IMG/VR virus record: IMGVR_UViG_3300030117_002054
Coordinates: 1 to 32,804 of that record
Direction: 5' to 3' (one strand)
Origin: a virus
Taxonomy: Duplodnaviria > Caudoviricetes
Length of the DNA stretch: 32,804 nt
The translations under genes and the position numbers were made by a program. Positions 26,338 to 32,804 of this stretch are shown piece after piece. Under the pieces are notes generated by a model that saw only the letters and a list, made by a program, of their open reading frames with translations, did not search any database and was not told the DNA's origin. Position 1 is the stretch's first letter, and every line of letters begins with the position of its first letter.

Positions 26338-27115
26338 TGTGTGCAGTTCTCCTTGTTATGCGGATTGCTCCGCGTTTATCACGTTTTAGTCTGACGGTAT
26401 CACAGAATACTTCTCGTTCGTTATGACCGACCATATTCTTGAGATTCTTTTTCGCTCTGTCATTGACTTGAGCGGCATTGAGTGTGCTGATAAAGGCATG
26501 CGCTTCTGAGACAAACTCGTTGTCTCTTGATGCATCACGCACCACCATCTGATCCAGCACGATATTTTCTGTGGAGATAGTTTCGATCTCACGATCAACT
26601 GGCCTTTTCTTGTCTTGAACATGAGTCCAGAATTGTGTGACCAACTCCCACATCTTATTAAGATAGTCTTGGTTGTAAGCAATGTGCAAACACTCCCATT
26701 TACTGTTACCAAAAATAACAGACAGGTATGCCCCATCTGCTTTTGCAATGTGACAATATAATTGTATTTGTGGCATGTACTTGGTTAGAACTTTGTCCAT
26801 ATTATAAAAATTATTTGTATGCTTTGCTTCGATAATATTATTTTCACCTTGGATTGCACCATCTATTGTACCTTTGACTGGTATATTATTGATTGATGCT
26901 ATGTATTCTTTTTGATGTGCAACAACAGCTTTGGCTTCATGCATTGCAAACCATTTGAGATTAAAGTTTTCAGTATGTATGCCAAGCTGCACAGGAAGAT
27001 TGCGAAGTAAAGACTCTGGTTCTTTGAGGCCAGTCTTTATTTCCCATAGTTCTTCCCATTCACCTTCCATGATTTTGACGCAATCACTGCCGCCAATAAA
27101 ACCTTTACGTTCCAT
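26324..27115 (-). CDS. YqaJ/lambda-exonuclease-like nuclease
   Basis: RKGFIGGSD, GTIDG, IIEAKHT and YMPQIQLY motifs. Confidence 0.9.
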   Translation of the reverse strand: MERKGFIGGSDCVKIMEGEWEELWEIKTGLKEPESLLRNLPVQLGIHTENFNLKWFAMHEAKAVVAHQKEYIASINNIPVKGTIDGAIQGENNIIEAKHTNNFYNMDKVLTKYMPQIQLYCHIAKADGAYLSVIFGNSKWECLHIAYNQDYLNKMWELVTQFWTHVQDKKRPVDREIETISTENIVLDQMVVRDASRDNEFVSEAHAFISTLNAAQVNDRAKKNLKNMVGHNEREVFCDTVRLKRDKRGAIRITRRTAHNDTI

Positions 27116-27136
27116 ATAGTTCTCCGTTTTTGTTTT

Positions 27137-27165
27137 ACACTACTGCACTTATGCAGTAGATGCAA
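27137..27165 (-). promoter_or_regulatory. Leftward promoter with a palindromic operator in the spacer
   Basis: Minus strand TTGCAT-17 nt-TAGTGT. Palindrome TACTGCA-CTTA-TGCAGTA at 27141-27158. Confidence 0.65.
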
Positions 27166-27523
27166 GTTCTTTAAAATGTTTTTCTCCATAAGCTTGTGCT
27201 TCTTCGAGCATTTTTATTTTTTTCTCAGCAGCTTCTTTTGTAAACGCGTCATAGTATCTGCCTTTTAGTTCTGTTCGATACGGCTCTAGCTCTGCTTTGG
27301 TTACATAACCATAGTGAACTAAAGCTGCGGCTTCTTGCCCATATATAAAATGTTCGCCAACTTTTTCATTTTGTTTTATTCGATTAGCTATTACTCGATA
27401 GGTATCTACCTTCCAGTTCTTTGCGCGATCAAAGTCTGGTTGATAAATTTCTTTTGCTGGTCTGCTTAGACTAGCGTTCCACATTTGTTTGGTCACTACT
27501 TGTGTCAATGATTTAGATTTCAT
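27149..27523 (-). CDS. Hypothetical protein
   Basis: ATG 27523 with GGAGGA SD, preferred over the track's start at 27688, which overlaps the upstream gene heavily. Confidence 0.65.
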   Translation of the reverse strand: MKSKSLTQVVTKQMWNASLSRPAKEIYQPDFDRAKNWKVDTYRVIANRIKQNEKVGEHFIYGQEAAALVHYGYVTKAELEPYRTELKGRYYDAFTKEAAEKKIKMLEEAQAYGEKHFKELASTA

Positions 27524-27866
27524 AGAAGTCCTCCGTTTTTGTGTACTCACCTTTATTGTTTGCGAGTTGGGTTGCGCTTTTTCTTGGGCGTGTTCGAAAG
27601 AAACCTGCATGTTCTGGATAGGTTTCCATAAACTTTCTTGCATACCATGCTCTATGATTGTTGCTAAGTTTGAATGTAGATTTGCCATCTACATCAGGCG
27701 TGTCTGTTTCCCAACGAATGCGTTCAAAGATAGCATTCACTGAGTAATTTTTATAACCTCTGTCAATAATTTCTTTGGCAAATCTTACAAAAAGTATTGA
27801 CACTCTGGGGTATTGTTTATGAAAAGCTTCAGCTTGTTCATTCATTTCCTCTTCTCGAGTCTTCAT
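27513..27866 (-). CDS. Conserved phage hypothetical protein
   Basis: FH..YP...ERIRWE...FKLSNNH.AWYAR.F...FF.TR pattern. GGAG SD. Confidence 0.75.
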   Translation of the reverse strand: MKTREEEMNEQAEAFHKQYPRVSILFVRFAKEIIDRGYKNYSVNAIFERIRWETDTPDVDGKSTFKLSNNHRAWYARKFMETYPEHAGFFRTRPRKSATQLANNKGEYTKTEDFYEI

Positions 27867-28188
27867 TTAAGTTCTCCATTATTGTTTGAAATTGTTCGCC
27901 ACTCATTATGACTAGCGTTTGCGGAGTTCCTCTCCGTCTTTTGTAGAAGGCAATATCTCTGCCTTCGAGGACACTGAAAGGATTAGGAAACCCAGACTTA
28001 TCTCTATACTTTACTTCTCCCACCAGTTCTTGGTTTTTGATTGTGAGCTTGATGTCGCCTGAATACTCTCCTCCCAAGCTGCCCGAGAGGGGTTGGCGTT
28101 TCGCTTTGATTTGCGCTTTGATTTCGTTGAGCCATTTGACAAACCACTTTTCGTGGTAAGTTCCTTTTGACTTGTTATTGTTTGCCAT
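27838..28188 (-). CDS. PD-(D/E)xK nuclease, archaeal-type Holliday junction resolvase-like
   Basis: KSKGTYHE, RQPLSG, GDI and EVKYR motifs. Confidence 0.75.
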   Translation of the reverse strand: MANNNKSKGTYHEKWFVKWLNEIKAQIKAKRQPLSGSLGGEYSGDIKLTIKNQELVGEVKYRDKSGFPNPFSVLEGRDIAFYKRRRGTPQTLVIMSGEQFQTIMENLNEDSRRGNE

Positions 28189-28337
28189 CTGTCTTCCTCA
28201 TAACAACGTAAGCATACATACCAATGCTTTTCGTTTGTTCTTCGATGATTGTTTTTAAGTATTGCTACAAAGTATTCCGACAATTTTTCGCAAGCAATAC
28301 AATGAGCTTTACCCTTCTTTCCTTTTTGTGATTTCAA
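28011..28337 (-). CDS. CxxC...CxxC zinc-finger protein
   Basis: CIAC and CLRC. The C-terminal half overlaps the resolvase gene. Confidence 0.5.
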   Translation of the reverse strand: MKSQKGKKGKAHCIACEKLSEYFVAILKNNHRRTNEKHWYVCLRCYEEDRWQTITSQKELTTKSGLSNGSTKSKRKSKRNANPSRAAWEESIQATSSSQSKTKNWWEK

Positions 28338-28539
28338 TATCGTAACCTAACGCATCAAGCCAACACATAAGAAAGAAACCAGATGGTACTCGCTTGTGTT
28401 GCTCCCATTTATGAACCAAAGATTCAGTGCAGCCTATAATACCTGCTAATTTATCTTGGCTAAGTTTCTTTTCGTGCCTCGCTTCGATAAGCATTGTTAT
28501 CATTTGATTGTAGTTGTGAGGCAATCTTGTGTTGATCAT
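28309..28539 (-). CDS. XRE/Cro-C1 HTH transcriptional regulator
   Basis: LIEARHEKKLSQDKLAGIIGCTESLVHKWE...PS motif. Confidence 0.85.
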   Translation of the reverse strand: MINTRLPHNYNQMITMLIEARHEKKLSQDKLAGIIGCTESLVHKWEQHKRVPSGFFLMCWLDALGYDIEITKRKEG

Positions 28540-28705
28540 GAAGAGATTCCAGAACTTTACAAGCGGTTGTATATCTTAAGTCAGTTTTATTATTTATTGT
28601 TCTATAATATGTTGATGTGGGTACTCCAGCTTTTTTAAAAGCAAAGAGTAAATCAACATCTAATGTGTGTGCAGTGGTTTGCAGATGTTTTAAATATGAG
28701 TCCAT
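28460..28705 (-). CDS. Cro-like HTH protein
   Basis: AFKKAGVPTSTYYRTINNKTDLRYTTACKV is HTH-like. Sits directly under a promoter/operator. Confidence 0.65.
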   Translation of the reverse strand: MDSYLKHLQTTAHTLDVDLLFAFKKAGVPTSTYYRTINNKTDLRYTTACKVLESLHDQHKIASQLQSNDNNAYRSEARKET

Positions 28706-28741
28706 GCTCCACTTATGCAGTAAGAATATTTAGTTTGTCAA
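28705..28741 (-). promoter_or_regulatory. Leftward promoter (TTGACA) with operator overlapping the -10 and start codon
   Basis: TTGACA on minus at 28736-28741. TGCTCCACTTATGCAGTA at 28705-28722 is 16/18 identical to the 27141 site. Confidence 0.65.
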
Positions 28742-28911
28742 ATTATTTCACCTAACCCACCACATTCATCACATTCTTCTGTGACTTCTTCTAAAGATGG
28801 TGGGCTATCTCTACATATCCACGGCTCTGGCTTGTCGTATGTTATTGTGCCAGAGCCATCGCATTTTTGGCATTCTTTAGTTAACGTCGAAAATTTCGAA
28901 TCCGCTTTCAT
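28738..28911 (-). CDS. Small DnaJ-type zinc-finger protein
   Basis: CQKCDGSG and CDECGGLG (CxxCxGxG twice). ATG 28911 with GAGG SD. Confidence 0.7.
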   Translation of the reverse strand: MKADSKFSTLTKECQKCDGSGTITYDKPEPWICRDSPPSLEEVTEECDECGGLGEII

Positions 28912-29089
28912 AATAATACCTCGGTAAGTTTGTTTCTTCCCAAGCTTTGATAGCTCGAGCAACCCATTTGTCTCGATCAAACTCTGGGTTCATGTCTTTG
29001 AGGTCATCACCCATTCGTTCAATGATTGTTGGTGAGCTAGTTAGTGGCGCAAGTACCTGCGCCACATAGTCTTCTTCTTTCTCAGTCAT
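28877..29089 (-). CDS. Hypothetical protein
   Basis: 70 aa, NPEFDRDKW motif, GGAG SD. Confidence 0.65.
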   Translation of the reverse strand: MTEKEEDYVAQVLAPLTSSPTIIERMGDDLKDMNPEFDRDKWVARAIKAWEETNLPRYYYESGFEIFDVN

Positions 29090-29273
29090 TTATATCTCCC
29101 AATTCTAAACCAATATGTTGTTCTTCATTGAAACAACTTAATTCTATTGATGTTTGATTTGTAAAATAGAAAACAAACTCGGTAATAAATCTACCGCCAG
29201 TGCTTTTTCTTCTATTAATTTTTACAGACTCAACATTGAATGAATCCATACTCAACAAGTTATTTATGATCAT
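29082..29273 (-). CDS. Hypothetical protein
   Basis: 63 aa, ATGA overlap with the upstream gene. Confidence 0.55.
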   Translation of the reverse strand: MIINNLLSMDSFNVESVKINRRKSTGGRFITEFVFYFTNQTSIELSCFNEEQHIGLELGDIND

Positions 29274-30142
29274 GCGTATTCTCCGTAGTATGAATCAAGT
29301 GATGCCCACTCTTTGGAATTGATAGCTCGACCAACATCACCTTCTCTGTTAAAGCTGGCAATGTGTGGTGTTCGAGCATCTTGTGTGTGAGTAGACCAGT
29401 AGGTTAGACAATTGTACAAAGCCCATTTGTTGCTACCCAACTGGTTCTTTTCTTTGCCCCACAAACCAAGCAATATCTCTAGTTGCTTTTCGTTTGTCTT
29501 GCTTACACCTGATTGGCGTGTGTGAGTTTTACAAACTGTTTCTTTGAGAAAGTTTTCAACATTCCAATCTTCAATGCTAGTTTCAGTCCATCTTTCCCAT
29601 TTGCTTTTGTTGTTTAAGAATGTTTCAAGACCGATTTGTATCTTACCTGCACTGCCTTCTATGTTAATAGATGTTGTATGTTTGAACTTTGACATAGCTA
29701 TGGCAAGACCAGACACCATACCGTTCTTGCAAGCAAGACGGTGGCCTTCTGCTTTTTGTAAGAAGCTCCAAGAACCATCGTAGCTATTCAAGAAATCTAC
29801 TTTGTAGTTTACTATGTCACCAACTTCTGCAGACTTTGTGTTCTCAACATACAAGTCTCGAAAGTGGACAGTGCCTTTGAGTTTGGCTCCGTTTTCAAAA
29901 GTACGAGTTTCAATATAATAATCTTTGGATACTTGTGACTCAAGCACAGCATCTTCGATTGAGTTTACTACATCACTATGAAGCACAGGTTTGTAGGCAC
30001 TTTTGTGTACACCAAGCACTTCATTGGTATCTGTTCGAACAATCTGCTTACTGTTGGTAAGCGGTTCGCCAGTGATTGCATTGGGTGTTGGGTGTACTTC
30101 GATTGGGAAATCCCATTCTTCAGTATTAATTGCGTCAAACAT
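29270..30142 (-). CDS. DUF932/DUF945-family phage protein
   Basis: VRTDTNEVLGV...Y, NSYDGS, RLACKNGM and WALYNCLTYWSTH motifs. ATG 30142 with GGAG SD. Confidence 0.85.
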   Translation of the reverse strand: MFDAINTEEWDFPIEVHPTPNAITGEPLTNSKQIVRTDTNEVLGVHKSAYKPVLHSDVVNSIEDAVLESQVSKDYYIETRTFENGAKLKGTVHFRDLYVENTKSAEVGDIVNYKVDFLNSYDGSWSFLQKAEGHRLACKNGMVSGLAIAMSKFKHTTSINIEGSAGKIQIGLETFLNNKSKWERWTETSIEDWNVENFLKETVCKTHTRQSGVSKTNEKQLEILLGLWGKEKNQLGSNKWALYNCLTYWSTHTQDARTPHIASFNREGDVGRAINSKEWASLDSYYGEYA

Positions 30143-30365
30143 TTTGTTCTCCTTTTGCATGACAGATTGCGTAACAGCCATCGTATTTTCCATTAGCTTG
30201 CCAGACATGAAGATTCTCTATCCTCTTGCCGTCAAGATCTTTCCAAGCGTCTAGTATGGCTGCTTTTTTTGTTTTGTGCTTGGTTGAGATTACTATGATC
30301 GATGACGGTACTTCTTTTCTGTACCACCAGCTACTTTTCTTTTTGAATACTTTACCTATTTTCAT
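30135..30365 (-). CDS. Hypothetical protein
   Basis: 76 aa, first gene after the promoter at 30420-30425. Confidence 0.65.
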   Translation of the reverse strand: MKIGKVFKKKSSWWYRKEVPSSIIVISTKHKTKKAAILDAWKDLDGKRIENLHVWQANGKYDGCYAICHAKGEQNV

Positions 30366-30390
30366 TTATAGCTCTCTTTCTTTTTTATAG

Positions 30391-30425
30391 AACTGCATAT
30401 TTGCAGTTACAATAGATATTGTCAA
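30391..30425 (-). promoter_or_regulatory. Leftward promoter (TTGACA) with a palindromic operator over the -10
   Basis: TTGACA on minus at 30420-30425. AACTGCA-TATT-TGCAGTT at 30391-30408. Confidence 0.65.
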
Positions 30426-30685
30426 TCTTTATTATTTAAATAACTTACCATATCTTTTATGGCATTGGCTAAACCTATTGCGGTTGGACGATACTGAATT
30501 ATTTTCATGTCATCGCCTTCTGATACACACGCTATTTCATGTGTGCATATTGGTTCGCCATGATCATCTTTCATCAATGGCGATACATGTTGTGCAATGG
30601 AAAGCTTATGCTTTCCATGCAACAATACGATGTTGTTAAGTCCGCTTTGGCGAAACTTAACACCATCAATTACAAGCTCACTCAT
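30422..30685 (-). CDS. Hypothetical protein
   Basis: 87 aa, ATGA overlap. Confidence 0.65.
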   Translation of the reverse strand: MSELVIDGVKFRQSGLNNIVLLHGKHKLSIAQHVSPLMKDDHGEPICTHEIACVSEGDDMKIIQYRPTAIGLANAIKDMVSYLNNKD

Positions 30686-30939
30686 TTCATTTTCCCTTCG
30701 AGGATCTCAATGTGTTGATCGAGAAGATTAACTTTTTCTATCAGCAAACTTATCAACGAGCTTGCTTGATCTTTTGTAATTGGCAAAGAAATATTTGTGT
30801 ACAAAGATTCTGATTTACTTTGTACATCGCCATGCTCAATTACTTCTTTGCGAATTGTTTTATTCCAAACATCATTTGCCAATGAGTTTAGTTTCCATAA
30901 CTGCTTATTTGATGCAGGTTGTGTTTCAAAATTAACCAT
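30682..30939 (-). CDS. Hypothetical protein
   Basis: 85 aa, AGGAG SD, PASNKQL...ITKDQASSLI motif. Confidence 0.7.
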   Translation of the reverse strand: MVNFETQPASNKQLWKLNSLANDVWNKTIRKEVIEHGDVQSKSESLYTNISLPITKDQASSLISLLIEKVNLLDQHIEILEGKMK

Positions 30940-30960
30940 TTTTTACTCCTGTTTTAAAAA

Positions 30961-31045
30961 GCGGTGGTAGGATTCGAACCTACAAACCTTAGCCATGACA
31001 AATTTCCAACGATATCATTTCTGATAAAACAAATGTCGGCACCGC
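30961..31045 (-). ncRNA. tRNA-like element (acceptor stem and T-arm, non-canonical core)
   Basis: Minus strand GCGGTG...GTAGG-TTCGAAT-CCTAC-CACCGC. No recognisable D-arm or 7-nt anticodon loop. Confidence 0.55.
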
Positions 31046-31148
31046 AAAAAAAAATTTAAAAATTTCAAACTTATTAATAAGAATCTTTGTTCCAGATACT
31101 ATTATAAGTTCGATCCCCACCCTTGGGGGTGGCCATTGAACCTTACAT

Positions 31149-31173
31149 AAAAAAAGGGGGCTTTCGCCCCCTT
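31149..31173 (-). terminator. Rho-independent terminator
   Basis: Minus strand AAGGGGGC-GAAA-GCCCCC-T7, right after the stop at 31177. Confidence 0.85.
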
Positions 31174-31176
31174 CTC

Positions 31177-31869
31177 TTACGCTGCGTTCTTCTGTCTCTT
31201 CTTCCTCTTCTGCTCCGCAGCTTCGTCTTTGTCATTGGTTGTACCACTGACATTCGTGCTGTCGCCGACTCCGTCGGTCGACGGCACATAACCCTCTTCT
31301 CCGAGGGTTATTCCACGAGCCGCTAGCTTCGCAATCAACTCGTCCTTCTTGACGTCTGTTTCAGACTCTGAACCAGAGTCAAGAGTCCAAGGCTCAAGCG
31401 GCTTGTGGGTGATACCAGTAGCTACCTCCATCATTGCCGCGATAGTATGATACATCTCATCTTGAACCGCATACTGCGTTTCCAGCCGCTCGACCCAGCC
31501 TTCGGCTCTGTCGACGGCTTGCAAGGCTATCTCAGTCCCATCGCATGACTTAGACACGATCTTCAGCTGCGCTGTCGCTCGGTCTAGCTTATGCTTTGTA
31601 CCTTTGATATAGCCTTGCTTGTTGACACGTGTATCATACATCTGCGCCCATATATTGTTGGCAAGGGCACTGATCATTGCCATTTGTGAATAATACAGAT
31701 CATTGACCTCTTTGTATGTCCCTGACTCACGATCATATCGTAACCTTGAGTCATAGAACTCAGCACAAATGCGTGCTAACGCTTGCGTTAGCGTGATCTG
31801 TGCCTCGCCAGTATATGCTGCTTGTAAGTCTGTATTGATCATTTCGTTTAGTTCTACTTGAGTATTCAT
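31177..31869 (-). CDS. Early hypothetical protein (230 aa)
   Basis: ATG 31869 with AAGGA SD. Own terminator. No recognised motif. Confidence 0.8.
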   Translation of the reverse strand: MNTQVELNEMINTDLQAAYTGEAQITLTQALARICAEFYDSRLRYDRESGTYKEVNDLYYSQMAMISALANNIWAQMYDTRVNKQGYIKGTKHKLDRATAQLKIVSKSCDGTEIALQAVDRAEGWVERLETQYAVQDEMYHTIAAMMEVATGITHKPLEPWTLDSGSESETDVKKDELIAKLAARGITLGEEGYVPSTDGVGDSTNVSGTTNDKDEAAEQKRKKRQKNAA

Positions 31870-31916
31870 TATTCTCTTCCTTATGTTAAATGAATTATAT
31901 GTCATTATTGACACCC

Positions 31917-31990
31917 ACCGCCCAACCAATCACTAAAAGGCGGAAGTCAAGTCCTCCGCGACTTGACTTTTGCCTGTGATTGGTAGCGGT
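31917..31990. other. Long bulged intergenic hairpin
   Basis: Stems 31917-21/31986-90, 31925-33/31976-84 and 31938-53/31960-75. Confidence 0.75.
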
Positions 31991-32236
31991 TTATCCTTTT
32001 ACTTTACTGAACAGGTCGTATTGTAGGTATAAGAAAGCCTTTTCGGCTTCCATTATTGAATCTACAATACTACTGTTCACCTTCGTGTAACCTCGACAGA
32101 ACATAAACTGAGATACTTCTTTCAATCTTTCGATTTCAATCCGTAACTCGTTCAGTTTAGTTCTGTCTTCTTCTGAAAGTTGATAGCTTAGTATTGTCTT
32201 CCAACTTACTGGTGTAATGATTTGTTCTAATTCCAT
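31991..32236 (-). CDS. First early hypothetical protein
   Basis: 81 aa, AAGGAG SD. Confidence 0.75.
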   Translation of the reverse strand: MELEQIITPVSWKTILSYQLSEEDRTKLNELRIEIERLKEVSQFMFCRGYTKVNSSIVDSIMEAEKAFLYLQYDLFSKVKG

Positions 32237-32280
32237 AATATTCTCCTTATGATTTATTGAACACCTTCAGTTCATCGTTA

Positions 32281-32804
32281 GGAAACTCATATGTCATCGA
32301 CTTGGTGACGTTTCGTCATCCACGTATGACGTTACGTCACCAACCCGACTGGGACAGACAGTCAGAGTCATTAGTCGCACGGAACACTATAACTCGTCAC
32401 GCACTTGCGTGACACGTTACCGTTAGCGACTAATCCGAATGACTGTCGTGGTCTTTGACATATGACACTTGTTTCCGCTGATATGCTTACGCGCAGTTGA
32501 CTGGGGTAAATTGCCTCGACCACTCCTCGCCAGTAATCTCTGAAGAGATTACGAATCAGGCGAGTCGACTGTCGGCAATTTAGGCTGCCAAAAGTGGGAA
32601 CGGCAGCCGACCCCTTGCCCCTCTGGGGCAAATGGTCATTACCCATTCACTACACGCAACCCCCGTGTTGCTTTGCGAATCTGCCATTGCATGGCAATGG
32701 GAAGACCTACCTTCTTCTAATCTCGTTGTTCGAGATAGAGAAGGTAGAGTCCTGATTCGCAAAAACATGGCAAGGCCATGTCAATCCCTTGGATTGATGA
32801 GTGA
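32281..32804. other. Large non-coding, highly self-complementary element (ncRNA or structured DNA)
   Basis: More than a dozen nested perfect stems of 6-10 bp (listed in findings). No ORF with a convincing SD. Confidence 0.7.
32692..32804. repeat. Direct terminal repeat, right copy (113 bp)
   Basis: Matches 1-113 with one mismatch. Confidence 0.95.

Noticed and set aside
30961-30985. attP core from a tRNA 3' end
   Set aside because: No tyrosine or serine integrase recognised, and the 5' acceptor strand is also present. Kept as a tRNA-like finding instead.
32371-32768. Minus-strand ORFs 32371-32646 and 32580-32768
   Set aside because: No convincing SD and atypical composition. They are explained by the GC-rich structured region.
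1-32804. CRISPR array, introns/inteins, alternative genetic code
   Set aside because: No regularly spaced repeats. terL, portal and MCP are uninterrupted. Genes tile densely under the standard code using all three stop codons.

Overview
The window looks like a complete (or circularly permuted) ~32.7 kb genome of a small tailed dsDNA phage. It is podovirus-like, with T7/BPP-1-type head and tail modules, and is bounded by a 113-bp direct repeat with one mismatch. The + strand arm (218-24442) carries terS, a cluster of small basic proteins, terL, portal, scaffold, major capsid, tail tube A/B, three internal virion proteins, two tail fibres and a holin/M15-endolysin cassette. The - strand arm (24431-32236) carries early/middle genes: SSB-like, ERF annealase, YqaJ-type exonuclease, resolvase-like nuclease, HTH proteins, DUF932-like and orphans. 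I see no DNA polymerase, primase, helicase, RNA polymerase or integrase. The most unusual signals are: (1) a ~550-nt non-coding, almost fully self-complementary element spanning the genome junction; (2) small basic proteins sharing a C-terminal tag and a [KR][KR][ST]LL motif; (3) three repeated DNA motifs that partition between late, early and terminal regions; (4) a tRNA-like RNA with a non-canonical core; (5) a pseudoknot in front of the SSB gene. Family assignments come from recognising motifs by eye, not from database searches. A marine alphaproteobacterial host is only an inference.
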